Positions 25,519 to 38,333 are shown, counted from the whole stretch's first letter. The stretch is 63,734 nt of DNA, filler included, from Diploschistes diacapsis (GCA_023645945.1; 17 parts of 17 records of this genome joined end to end with filler, not necessarily neighbours in it); one strand, 5' to 3'. Made by a program: numbers and translations. The notes: generated from the letters alone by a model not told the origin.

Positions 25519-27506
25519 TTAGGCGCCGTTGATCCTATGATACTGGCCTCTTCCAACCTGAAATTTATACATGCTCCGCTCCTGCACGTCGAACAGCAGT
25601 TCGCTGCAACCGGCGACGACTGAAAACAAAGCCCTGCGGACGCTTGATCGGCTCACTAGTGCCAAGCCGATCAGTATCAACGCTCCGGCTCCGAGGTTGA
25701 TGGCCAGCATCTTGCGTCCATCCTTGACCCTCTCGATCTCTGCGCGTGCGGCTTCCAGCTCTTGTTCCTCTTCTTCGAGTTGCTGCGCTACGTCGTTCGC
25801 ATCCTCCTCACCTATCTGATGGGACATTGAGCAGGCCCACTCATCGCATGCGGGGCGGAGAGCCAACGTGGGCACGAACGCTTTCTCCACCGAAGATTTG
25901 CTGAGCACTGTGCTGTCGTGAAGAGCCTCGACATACGCCCACTTCCTGTACCCGTTGTGCTGGTACCTCGTCTCGAAGCCGCCTTTCTTCACGGTCGCGA
26001 CAGGATCAAAGGGTCCGCCCCTGTCCTCGGCCGTGTAGAATTTCCAGTGCGTCACCTCCGTTGCTCCATTCCAACTAACGAAGAAAGCCGTGTTCTCCTC
26101 CTCCTTGGAGTAGACCACAAGATTCGGTTGGGTAAGTGGCTCAGCAGTCCAGTTCGCTTTATACACCCGATATATCATCGTCCCCGTCAAAGCGATCCAG
26201 CCATAGAAGACCGGAGTTCCGTCTTCGAGATGCTCCGACAGAAAGCAGTTGTTTCCCCAGCCGCTAACGACGTTGCCGTTGGGCAAGATTTGCATACTTC
26301 CTTGCGATTTGGCGAGCAAACCACCGTGCTCATCGGGCGCACCATACCGATTCAAAACTCTTGCGACTTTGGTCTGGTGGTTGAGCTCGACCTTCAAGCT
26401 CCACGAGAAATCCTCGGTCTGGTTGAAGCCATTCGATCCGTTGTCAAAAAGCGTGAGGACGGTGTGAGTGGAGTTTTCGGAGATAAAGCGAGCGTCGTGC
26501 TGGCTCGAGAATTCGAAATTGTGGAGGCGGTAGTCGGACTTCATGCCATTGAGCCTCCACATCACATGACCGTCCCGACCCGAAATCTTATAGATGCAAG
26601 AAGTGTGACGAGCGGAGACAAGGTAGTCGCCGGCAGCGTTCTTGTCTATCGAGTTAATGTGGAAGTAATCCCACGGCGACTCTTTCGTCCTTCCGTCTCC
26701 CGCAACTTCGGATTCCATCGGCCCCACGTAGCCCTCGGCAACGTCGACGTTGTCCATGGCCCTCCACTCAAATACCAGTTCCCCGCTCTCAACGTCCACC
26801 TCCTGAAATACGCTATCTTGTATCCAACCAAAGCCGTCGCTTACCCCCCATGCGCTCAAGTCCGCCGCCCGAGGGTGGTACGTAGCCAGCAGCGCCGTTT
26901 TACCACCAGGTAAGAGCGAAAACTCATGCTCATCCATGGACACCGAAGACCCTGCCGGCTCGACACTTTTTATAATTTTGTAATGTTTGTCCATAATCAC
27001 CCCGTGCCCTCGGCCATAGCCCAGCATCTGATTGCCTTGATAGAAACATAGGTGTGGTTCGTCGTGGTAATTGCAGACGTGGATGCCGTGGGAATTGCCC
27101 GGACCGGAGGTTCCGTAGCCCGTCCATATTAAGTTCTAGAGTATTTGAGCTTTGAAGTCCCATCGTTGCCACCAAGCTTCACTCACGCCGTAGTTGTCGT
27201 AGATGTAGGGTCCACTCTGCTCTGCCTGATATGCACCAAAGAAAAAATAGCCGGGGCTTTGCAACTCGGGTTGGCTGAGCTCAACGGTCATAATAGGTGC
27301 GATGAGGTCCGGCCTCTGCAGCGAAGATGCCGTTAGCCGTAGGACTGCGAGATGACTGTCGCCGGGGAACCCACCGAGTAGAAAATGGACATGGGATTCG
27401 AGGAGTTGTCGGCTATACATAGTAGGCATTGCGAAAGCATCGACAGTAAAAAATGAAGAAGCACCAACGCCTTCGGCGAGGATGAAAGTCGATCAGAGGA
27501 GGCCAT
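25519..27506 (-). CDS. Arylsulfotransferase (ASST-family beta-propeller) with signal peptide and C-terminal TM anchor; 3 exons
   Basis: Motifs MDEHEF, WDYFHINSIDK, YLVSARH and SQHDARF. Two GT-AG introns (~27374-27317, ~27187-27137) give MASSDRLS...FYS/RPDLIAP...DNYG/NLIWTG. Hydrophobic LAINLGAGALILIGLALV near the C-terminus. Confidence 0.9.
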
Positions 27507-28059
27507 TCAAGGCCCTTCAGCATCGTAGCAAAGCTGATTAATAATACCGCCTCGAGGAGATAAACAATGGAAGGCAGCTATGGCGTTGGAGTATTGTTGC
27601 TCGTTCCGTGACGTTTGAAAGCGGTCACGCCAACAGGTAATAACAGCGTAGAGATATTGTCAAGAACTGCCAGGTGTCATAGACGGTCAATCGTGTCGAA
27701 GGGTATTCAATACAAAGATATGAAGAAACACAGGTCTGGCCATCATCTACAATATCTCATGCTTCTATCCTTCCTTCCTTCTTCTGCAAAATCAAAGGTA
27801 TCTATCGTCTTGGCCATTGACTTTGTTGCCAGTAGAAAATGTTTAGTAATGGGAAAAGAAAAACTCGGGTCACTGGTCTTGGCTTAAGTAAACGATAGGT
27901 CCTCGATTACTGTGCCGACTAAGTTATGAGATGATAATCTTAGATAGAGTACGTACTCTATAAAAAGTATTTTCCTTCATAAAATTCCCATCACAATCAG
28001 TACGGAACAATCCCCTTAGTGCCCTTTTACCTATAGGCTATAACCAAAACTCCCCGAGG

Positions 28060-28100
28060 GTCATGAGTCATGAGTCACGAGTCAGTCATGCGTCATGACG
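28060..28100. promoter_or_regulatory. Tandem TGAGTCA (CpcA/Gcn4/AP-1-type bZIP) motifs in the divergent ASST/sulfotransferase intergenic region
   Basis: ATGAGTCATGAGTCACGAGTCAGTCATGCGTCATGAC: perfect ATGAGTCAT at 28063, second TGAGTCA at 28071, plus degenerate copies. Confidence 0.4.
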
Positions 28101-29516
28101 GCCATGTTTTTCTATGCCGTCATCACACATGCAATTTGATGGGATCTGTTGAGAAAGGGTCAGGGCGATGCCAGCAATATACAAGCATAACCAGTGCACT
28201 CTACGTAGACTGTAGACTCGTACTTGTAGACTCAGTAGTTGACATAACCAATTACGATCATTTGACTTAGTGCTCATCTCTCCTCCAAGCAAGTGTCCCG
28301 TAGGGCTGTAGGTAGCTGTAGATACGAAGTGACCGCCCAGAATAACAATTAATCAGCGCTAACCTTTATTCTGGGGGTTCCTTGGTAAGTTTCCCTGTTA
28401 TCTTGTTATCTTTCAATACGTCCAAATATATTACAAGCTTCATTTCATGTTACGATATCCGATATCCGGCGTTGTAACGGAGTCCTCACAACAGCAGCTC
28501 AGCCTCTTCCTATCTGGAACATTCGCCTACCTTAAGCGAAAAACCCAACATAAACGAAAGGGACATCATGAAAGTTTCTATTCTGATCCTACGGCCTATC
28601 AAGTACCTTGAAAGCGCATTGGACATGTGCACGTTTGTTGTGGGTAAAACTTCAAACTTCAGTTGAGAAAAGCCAAGAAGTGCCAAGACCGCATTGGTGG
28701 AAGAAAGGCGGATTATTATTATTACAGGAACGGAATTTGAATCTAGGGTCTGCCCACACTCGGTGCTCGCTGTCTGTTTTGGGCTGAGGTTTCAGCCAAG
28801 ACGATTCGCATGTAGACGCTGAACCTCTCTGAAGAACAGGGATGATCGTACTAGCACCACCTCCGTTAAGAGAGCAGATCTGACTCGCCCATAACACTTC
28901 TGACCTTCATTTCCTACTCCTAACATTCGTAACCTGCAAGGCTCGATGATAAACGATAAACGATAAACGGAGACGGGTTTCGGAGCCTGTACTGGGATGG
29001 GCACAACGCTCGGAAGCTAGTAGGACTAGATACCAGTTATGGCAGTAACTACCTGCAAAAGGTTTCGGTCTTCTTGCTCAAATCAAAACTATCAGAGTAA
29101 AGAGAGACAGGCCCCTACCTAATTCGCTTCTCTGGCGATTAGCGCGAGGCGAATAAAGTATCCCTCACAACTCTGCTATCGGTAGCACGTAGCACTCACC
29201 TTCATTCACACAACTCCCGCCTGCTTCCTTCCTATTACTGTTCTTTAATTCATATATCTCTCTAATCGACACCATCTTCTGTTAGAACTTCTTCATTCCG
29301 CTTCTTCTTCACATTGCCGACGTTGACCCATCTCGAGGCAGCTGTTGTGCATTAATACTTTATAATAGAGAATAGAATCTCTGGACCTTTCGTATCCCCC
29401 ACACATTCATTCTTCTGTATAAAGCTTTCTTTGTCGTCCACGTCCACGGCAACTACAATCACTTCAGAGAATTGACCTTCACATCATCGCCTTCCTTAAA
29501 ACACACTATCGCCGCA

Positions 29517-30568
29517 ATGGCTTCAGGAATCCCATACACCCCACGGCCCATGACCGACATCTTCACCAATGACACTGACGTGGATCGCCGGCAATGCAAG
29601 CGCATCGTTCCCATGAGGGTGCTGGCGCTCGGACTTGGCAGGACAGGCACAGCCTGTACGACCTTCCATTCAACTTCATTTCAGGCGCAGTTGGCTAATT
29701 GCCCTACAGCTCTCAGAATCGCCCTCAACCAGCTCGGCTATAACGATACCTACCACATGATGAACGCAAGCGTCGAGAACCCGCCAGACTGCCTGATGTG
29801 GCAGGATGCTTTCGCAGCCAAGTACGATAAGAAGGGCAAATTTGGGCGCGAGGAGTGGGATAAGCTGTTGGGCCACTGCCAGGCCATTTGCGACTGGCCA
29901 GCCGTCGCCTTTGCGAAGGAGCTCATCGAGGCCTACCCTGAAGCCAAAGTCCTCATCACAACGCGGGACGTGGATTCGTGGCATGAGTAAGTCTGGTCCC
30001 CACTTTCTCTATCCCCCCAGTTGCCAAGGGAAAAGAGGAGCCCCTCTCTTTCTGACCGCCGATTGGAGATGTTGGTACTGACTGCGTCATTTCCAGCTCC
30101 GTGATGAAGACGGTCAACTGGCGCGCCAACGACCCGGAACTGCGCTGGCTCTCCCGCTTCGACTGGGCCTCGAACCTTTACTATCCGATGCTGCGCAAAT
30201 TCTGGGACTGCTTCTTCTACGGCGACTTCGAGAACCGCGGCAAGGAGCGCTTCGTCGATTACTACGCCGAGCTCCGCTCCATCGTGCCAAAGGAGAATAT
30301 GCTCGAGTACAAGATCGGTAGCGGCTGGCAGCCTCTGTGCGAATTCCTTGGCCACGAGACGCCGAGCGTGCCGTTCCCAAGGAGCAATGACACAGACGGC
30401 TTTGTCAACCGGTGCAGGACTCGCAACCGCGCGCAGATGATGAATGTTGCCTTCCGCTACATGATCGCCGGCGGAGCCGTGGTGGCTACTGCTCTCAGCG
30501 CCGCGATGGCATTCCAGCAGTTCAGCCCCATAGAGCCGCTTCTCGAGATGGTCTCGCAGGCCGCGTAA
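29517..30568 (+). CDS. P-loop sulfotransferase-family protein (Sulfotransfer_4-like) with C-terminal hydrophobic helix; exons 29517-29655, 29710-29986, 30097-30568
   Basis: VLALGLGRTGTASLRIAL (5'-PSB-like loop), TYHM, DWP, AYPEAKVLITTRDVDSW, GWQPLCEFLG and PFPRSND. Canonical introns. Confidence 0.88.
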
Positions 30569-31844
30569 GCTCTGCCAATTTTTTTGCTGCAGCATTTACA
30601 CCGGCGTCATCGCTTGGGCCTTTCGACGTTCCGGAGAAATTGATGATGAAGATTCAGCGGTTATTGTTTTCTCTTCTGGAAGAGACCGAGTAGGTGGGGT
30701 CGGCATCGGCCCACTGGCACCGATCTCGTCCACTCACTTCACCACACTTTATTTTGAAGAGGCACGAGATTATGATTCTAATAGGCAGACCCTCTTCTTC
30801 TTTCCCAATCGGCAGATTGACAACATCACGTAGACTAACATGCCCACGGTCCGAGCCTCCAGCGACGGGAAATTCTCTTCTTGTACATGATATCATCGCT
30901 GTTGGAAATATGGGATCAGCTTGGGACCCAGTACAGGGGGGCGAAAGGCGTTGAATGGATATAAGGCTGCTGCCGTCGCTTCTTTGCCAAGTTGTGCTTG
31001 CGAACTGTGCTATCGCGCTGTATATAGAAGCTCTTGGATATGTTTATACCTTGCCTCATCTCTTGCCACCCGAGGCTTTTTTGGTATGCTTGTGTTGCAT
31101 GTGCATGTGAAGACGGACGTCCGACGACGTGCGCAAGTTACATGCACGGGGTTCCATCCAAAGCCATCCCCGGTTTCCCAGAGTTATCACCACAACCAGG
31201 ACATTCCTTTTTTCGTTGCTATGTACATATGCTATTCTCTCCCCCATCTATCTATTTTTCCCTTGCCGATAGGAAGAGAAGTCGAGCGCGAGAAAGGACC
31301 CCGGATCCGTAGCCGGCGCACTATTGTAGTTTCGACCACTGGGCAGGGATGAGCGTATTCCACAGATACTTGCAACCGCTGCTGCTCCCATGCGCGCTTT
31401 TTTCCCCAGGGACACATATACACACACACCCAACCTCTTTTTCCCCCTCTTGTATGAGCTACGGCCTTGTTTGTTTTTTCTACGCTATTTTACACGTTGT
31501 ACTCTCCTTCTTCCATCCTCTCCCTTTTTAAAAAAAAAAAAAAAAACAACTTCTCTTTGTTTTTTTTCTTTTCTAATCGAGCCGGAAGGCGGTGGGTGCA
31601 CAACGCCCCGTGGCATGGCATACGCAGCAAACCCGAAAAGGTAGGCTTGAATATCGACGGGCGGAACCTCCGCGGGGGGACAAGTCTTTTGCAATCCAAC
31701 CCGTTCCCACAGAGCCCGATATACTACACTAACTACGTAGTATCGCCCAGCCACTGGGGTCTCGCGGAAGAATGGCCCGTTTTTGCGGGATGAGGCAATG
31801 AGGCTCTCGGGGGGGTGGGGGTTCCGTGTCGACATCTCCGCTGC

Positions 31845-31871
31845 TGCTCTTGCTCTTGCTCTTGCTCTTGC
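31845..31871. repeat. (GCTCTT)n microsatellite; poly-A run at ~31530-31546
   Basis: Read directly from the sequence. Confidence 0.8.
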
Positions 31872-32390
31872 GGAGGTGGGCGCCTGGTCGGTCTCGCAAC
31901 GGGGCGATGGCCCATTTGGCGGTTTGAGAGTTGGTGCAGTGCTCCGCTGGTGTTTTGTTGTTGTTTTGACCTGGCGGAATGCTGTGCGTGGACTGGGAAG
32001 CACCAGGGTGGGGTGAGGTCTGTTCGTTGTACCCGGCTTCTTATGGCGGGGCCTGGGAACTGGCTTCTTCCTACATCTGTGTCGCTTGTATGGTTTCTGT
32101 ATCTCGACATGTCACGTCTGCGGGGGCGACCCACATTAACACGAAAGCCCTATCATCATTTTACTGATTTGGATGGCAAACGTTGTCTACGGTCTCAATT
32201 GCCGTTCTTGCTCCCAAGAAGAATAGGCTCGTGCAACGGCTGAGCGGGAATCACGTCATTCTAGAGGCCATGGAATGCTATGCGGAGCAGGCGAATATGT
32301 TACCGTTAATAAAGTACTCATGATACATTGCATGATCGTAGCACGCCGGCACCTCATGGCTCCCATGCACACGCCATTGGTAAGACAGCG

Positions 32391-33864
32391 TCATCCCTTC
32401 GTCTTCAACACCTCTTCGCAAGCCCTCAGGCTCCCCACGACGGCGAACGCAATCACAGGGCTGAGGATGTAGGACAAGGTGAGAAACTTGGCGATTGTCA
32501 GCTTCTCCGCCTCGGAGCTGTCGTTCACATCGGCTAGCGCGGTGAGTTTGAGCGCGGGAGGACCGGTTGGCATGAGCATCAAGGAGAACCAGAGGATCGG
32601 ATCGTGGTGAATCGTGGAGGAGCGGGTGAGTATAAGGGGAATGAGGAGGATGGAGATCCTTTGCAAATAATCAGCTTTGGGACTGCTTGGAGATTTTGTA
32701 GGTGGAAGATAGACAGCGGCAACTACGGAAAGAAAGGGGCTTACACAGGCCAGACAACAAATCTAATTACCAACACACTCCCCGCCGCAAACCACGGCAT
32801 ACTCCCCGACTCTTCCCCCTCCTTCATCCGGCGCAGGCAGCTGCTCAGCTTCACCCCAACAACAACTACCTGCAGCGTCGCAAACAGGCCTCCAACATTC
32901 TCCAGAGAGCTTGTGAGCCATGCCTTGAATATTCCACCCTCTTCGGTAGGGTTGAAGAAGGCGCGATGCAGCGGCGGTGCCAGCCCGATAATGGCGCCAA
33001 TAACGGCACCAATCATTGGGGCATTGAGGAAGGCGTAGGAAAAGCCGACGGCCCTTTGAGTCCAAAACGGGAGGTGATGGATGCCTTTGGCCGCTTTTTG
33101 GTAGGCGACGTGGCCGGCCGCCTCACCCTGGCGTCTCACTAGATTGGGGAGGAGGGATGTCCGTTCGTCGGCAGTATTATCTTGTTGATGACCGTTCTCT
33201 TCCCCCTGACCCTGTTCGACGTCCTCACTGCCATTGTCTCGCTCCTGCACGCTGGCTCCTTCTTTGGTATTGTGGTGACTGTCCGACACCTCCTCGCAGT
33301 CCAGTAGCTTTGGACCGAGTGAAAAGGTGAGCACGTTTCCAACGACTGCGTTGACGAGGAAGTATGACTGTGCCCGGCGGACGGCGTCTTCCAGCGTATC
33401 GTTCGGGTCAGTGATGAGCGTCTCCAAGATCCCGGTTGCGCTGAGCGACTTGACGAGTAGCAGCGGCAGTGAGGTTGTATTGTTGAAGGAGACTGCCGGC
33501 ACGAACCAGCTTGGGAACCGGAACAGCCGTTTCAAGCCGAACGCAACGCCCATGGAACCAAAATTGTAGATGAGCGACCAGACTGCACTCCCATCCGCGA
33601 TTAGAGGATACAACGGGTGAAAGGAAGTTACTGACTAAGGATTGGTACATATCTAATAGCAGTACCAGCGTGAAGCTCGGATCCAACATTGGTGATGAGG
33701 AGGGCTGGCATGAATAGGCGAACGCACATCTTGCTGATGTCTCGCGAGCTGGACTCGTTGATGAGCTTGAACTGGGCTGCAACGACCCCATAGCTGATGG
33801 TGAGCAGTACGGAAACGGCTGCTTGGAAGGCGCTTAGGAAAGAAGTGACCACTGGAGATGCCAT
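32391..33864 (-). CDS. Auxin efflux carrier / PILS-like membrane transporter (Mem_trans family); exons 33864-33636, 33582-32745, 32658-32391
   Basis: ISKMCVRLFMPALLITNVG, FNNTTSLPLLL, central acidic loop with ERTSLLP, NAPMIGA and MPTGPPA. Canonical introns. Confidence 0.88.
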
Positions 33865-34280
33865 TGCCTCAAGACTAGAGACAGCGAGAGCGGTGTGATT
33901 GGAGGTTCACTCTTCGATAATGTCTGGGACGAACTGTCTGGCATTGAAGCTCTGGTATGCTTTAATTCTCCATACCTGGAAGGGCCAGTCCTACCAGTAT
34001 TCAGGATCCTAGATGCAATTGACGTCATTGCATTGCACAGCGACCCGAAGCTCAACAAAAGATTCTATTTACCTAAGGGCCCTTCACTGTGGCTCTTCAC
34101 CGTGGCTCTCGGGATATGCGCCCGCATCACATCAATTGCCGTCAGTTAGTTTACCAAGCGGGTGACGATCATGCGTGAAGACCCCATAAGCTTTTCGCGA
34201 AATTGTCGTTGTTTCTCTTCTTGCGAACAGAGAACCTTTCTGCTACCCCTCACTTGACCGACTATATATCTTTCGTCACA

Positions 34281-35582
34281 ATGTTCAAGATTACACTCGC
34301 CACTGCTTCTGCTAGACTCGGTTCTATTTCTTCACATTTGACTTCACAGGCTTCGAGAACAAGCGTTAGAAATATGTCGTTCGCAAACACTCAATTAAAG
34401 CTCAACACCGGCCAAAGCTTCCCAGCCATTGGCTTCGGTATGCTGTACCTGCTCCCTTGAGCGCCTTGCTGACTCATTCGAGGTACATGGCAAGACAAAG
34501 ATACACAAGAGAACGCCGTCCTTGAGGCACTGAAGGCCGGTTACCGCCACATTGATACTGCTCGGATGTATGTTATCTTTTGTTTTGCATCTATGATCCC
34601 GTATTCAAGAGAGAAAAGCAAGACATTCCCCTCCCTAGTGGGAGAGGTATCTCCAATTCGGTCACAATCTCTGAGCATGGACTTCTTCAGGAGGATCTCT
34701 TTACGTTCACTGACTAACGAGGATATCGCTCATGGTACATTCTCTTTAGTAGAAGAACTTCAGATGTGGAAATACACAAGCTAATCCGCTCTTAGCTATG
34801 GCACCGAGCCCGCCGTAGGCGCAGCCATCAAGAAGTCCGGCATCCCTCGTAGCGAAATCTTCATCACCACCAAGCTATGGAACAACCAACATCACCCTGA
34901 AGACGTCGAGAAAGCCATTGACGCATCCCTCAAGGATCTTGGGACAGACTATCTTGATATGTACCTGATGCACTGGCCCGTCGCCTTCAAGCGCGGCGAT
35001 AACCCAATGCCCAAAGTCGATGGCAAGATGCAGCACGAGGACGTCGATTTCGTCGACACCTACAAAGCTATGGAGAAGGCCCACAAGTCCGGCAGAGTCC
35101 GCGCTATCGGTGTCTCCAACTTCTCGTTGGCGGAGATGCAGCGCTTACTCAAGGAAACTAGTGTCGTGCCCGCTTCACACCAGATCGAACTACATCCTTA
35201 TCTCCAACAGCATTCCTTCGTCGATTGGCACAAGAAGAATGGCATCGTCATCACTCAGTACTCGCCATTCGGCAACCAGAACGAGATTTACAGCAAGGGC
35301 CAGCAGATGGGCAAGCTGATCGACGACCCAGTGCTAGTGGAGATTGGAAAGAAGTACGGAAAGTCCGGCGCGCAGGTCGCTCTGGCATGGGGCATCGCAA
35401 AGGGTAACAGCGTGATTCCAAAGAGCAAGACGCCACAGCGGATCAAGGACAACCTTGAGGGAGACTTCAAGCTTGACGCCGACGACGTCAAGAAGATTGA
35501 CGGGCTGGACAAGAAGATCAGATTCAACGACCCGAGCGAGAGCTTCGGATACAAGTTCTACTCGGACCTCGACGGTGCGTAG
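34281..35582 (+). CDS. Aldo-keto reductase (GCY1/YPR1-like NADPH-dependent reductase); introns 34438-34482 and 34568-34795
   Basis: IGFGTWQ, GYRHIDTARIYGTE, IFITTKLWN, YLMHWP, IGVSNF, QIELHPY and IPKS; catalytic D-Y-K-H tetrad present. Confidence 0.92.
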
Positions 35583-36559
35583 ACAATGTTAGGATCTGAG
35601 CGGTGAGGCCAATCATCGGTTTTGAACGCTCTCCGGTCTACTCACGGTGGCGGCCGAGGGACCGGGAAAAATTAAGGAAGTGAAGCTGCGGGATGCCTGC
35701 TGTATATATGAGTTGACTCGTAGGAATAGCCGCTCGAGTCACCTGTATCATACATGGCTAGTAACGGTATTAAAATCTTTGTGCTATGATTCTTGCTTTG
35801 TGTTTACTCGAGAGCTATAGGTCAAATACCTGCCCTGGCTGCTACGAGCTTTGAGTGAAATAGAATTTGTTTGTCAAAGCGAGATTGATAATTCGCTACC
35901 AGCACAGAAGTGAAGGCTCGTAAAGTGCAAGAGGTGATTTCGGAGGTAACTTCCTCACTCCCATGCCCACCAACAATAACATGAACTCAATGTTGTTACA
36001 GTTATCATTTGCAAAAGTATGGCTACTATTCGAAAAAGCTCAGTACCTGCCTGCGTAAGCGTATCCTTCCCAGATCTACTACCTGAGTAATGAGTCCCTG
36101 TACCCAGAGATGTGCGCATTTTGTGATCACGACTGCAGATAACCATTGAAACGTCGTCAATATCTTCTTGCAGAGTTTTTTTCTACCACGTCCTGATGTC
36201 TATTAACGATTGAGTGCAGATTTTCCCCGAAACTTCTAGATTACCTTCTCTACCTACACCGCCTGCATGGAGGTGGACACACACTATATACCGCTTCCGG
36301 CGTGGTCCAACGGGCTAACGTAACAAGAAAATCTTGGCTTTGACATACCGAAAAAAACTGTGGACGCTAACAGTTGAACCGGGCTAAGTTCATAGAACGG
36401 GCTTGATATATTTTGAGGACCTCTATCTTTCTACATTCTAATTCATTTTGTAAGTCTGGTTTAAAACATCTTGGTATCCTCGTCCTAGTATATAAAAACC
36501 TATTTGCAGTATCTTGCATAGCTTCTCCTGCTATTTTCTAATCCCTAGAATCACTAGTT

Positions 36560-38333
36560 ATGACTACCACCATTGCATTCACTGATGTCGAACTCGAGAT
36601 TGAGCATGAGCGTAATAAACCAAATACTGTTGAGCAGGTAGGGAGACCCGTCTCAGTATACTCGAAGGCTCCTTCTATCAGGCATACACCTGCAAATACC
36701 ATCGACAGGCTTCGCGGCGGCAGAGCTGTGCTCTTGGGCCTACAAACGACGCTTGTCATGCTAACCAACAGCTTCACAACAGGTCTCGTCACCATTGGAA
36801 TCACTGAGATGGCAAAGGACTTATCACTCGATAAGTCCCTCGTGTATTGGCCTGTGTTGGCATACACTTTGACGGCCAGCCCCCTCCTCCTTCCCTTCGG
36901 ATCCGCTGCAGATGTCCTTGGTGCAAGGGCCATGAGTTTAGCCGGTTGTTTGGGCTGTGGCATCTTTGTGCTAGCTTGTGGGCTCGTCAGAAATGGTAGT
37001 GAGCTCATTGCCTTTCGCTGCTTGCAGGGTGCAGGAGCAGCTCTGTTCCTCCCGACTTCAATGAGCATCATTTCCTCCGGAATCGAGATAGGTAAGCTGC
37101 GGAACGTTACCTTGGCTAGTCTCGCTTTGGGTCAAGTGCTTGGATATGGGCTCGGTCTGGTCGGCGGAGGCGTACTCCTGAGTACTGTTGGATGGCGTGC
37201 AGGTTACTACATCTGCGGTGCCGTGCAGATAACGCTCTTCGTTTTGGGCTTCTGGACCATACCTTCAAATCCGGCTCTGACTTCCAAAGCCGCGCCTTCA
37301 TTAATCCTTCGGAGACTTTGGAATGAGGTCGATTGGGTGGGCTCGGCGATAAGCTGTGCCTCCATAGGTATGCTTTCCTACGTCCTAGCAGCAGTTGCTG
37401 AGAACTCGTCGTCGATCAAGACGCCTTTGAATGCCACTTTACTTACTCTAAGCCTTCTTGCTATACCTTGCTTTGCTATGTGGATGAACCACCAAGAGAA
37501 GCGCGGCGCGCCGGCACTCATACCAAATTCGCTATGGAACACCACCTTTAGCAGCATCTGCATCATGGTAACTTTCTCGTTCGCCGAAATGCAAGCCATG
37601 GAGCTGCTGGCTAGTCTGTTGTTAGTTTCCTCTTCCGTCTGATGTGGGTATTTTAATGGACAATACTTACTTCTATCAACAGTTTTGGAAACGTTCAAGA
37701 ACTTTCCCCACTCCAAAGTTCCCTTCGTCTCTTGCCCGGCGTTGTTGTAGCAACTTTTGCTACGTTGTCCGTGGGCCACTTTGTTCACAAGCTCTCGATA
37801 CGTTGGACACTGCTCGCTCTCTCAATAATATCAAGCATTGCTCCTCTACTCATGGCGCTCGCAAATCCAGTTTTGCCGTACTGGTACGAAGCCTTCCCAG
37901 CGCAGGTAGGATTTACCCATCATTATTTGCATTCATCAACGCTTAGCTTCACTGCAGGTGCTGTATCCACTTGTGGTCGATTCCATCTTCCTTGTCTCGG
38001 CGTTGGTGATCTCGGAAAGCTTCACCGAGCGGGATCAGGCCGTGGCAGGAGCCGTCATCAACACGATCGCCAATATGGGCCAGTCCCTCGGTCTCGCTTT
38101 CATTGCCGTAGTGACGAACTCTGTCACGCAGTCTAAAAGCGACATGGGGTCTGTGGAAGGATTATTGGAGGGATACCGCGCAGGTACCTATCTGCGTTTT
38201 ACTTCCTACAAAACTAATCTGACAAAATCTCTCTGCAGGGTTTTGGGCTGCGTTCGCGTGGATGCTTTTGAACGCTGTTGTTGGCACCCTCGGCCTGAAA
38301 AAGGTGGGTAAAGTTGGTATCAAGAGAGACTGA
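36560..38333 (+). CDS. MFS drug:H+ antiporter-like transporter (DHA2/ATR1-like, ~14 TM); 4 exons
   Basis: GSAADVLGAR, FRCLQGAGAALFLP, VGWR, DWVG and PALIP motifs. Introns near 37621-37682, 37906-37957 and 38183-38238. Ends KVGIKRD-stop. Confidence 0.85.

Noticed and set aside
25918..26913. 331-aa + strand ORF, and similar antisense ORFs over the MFS, AKR and SAH1 genes
   Set aside because: Shadow ORFs opposite well-supported GC3-rich genes.
30900..32250. Dense cluster of short ORFs, including QEQEQE and ALALAL repeats
   Set aside because: Explained by a (GCTCTT)n microsatellite and homopolymer runs between convergent genes; no domain or intron support.
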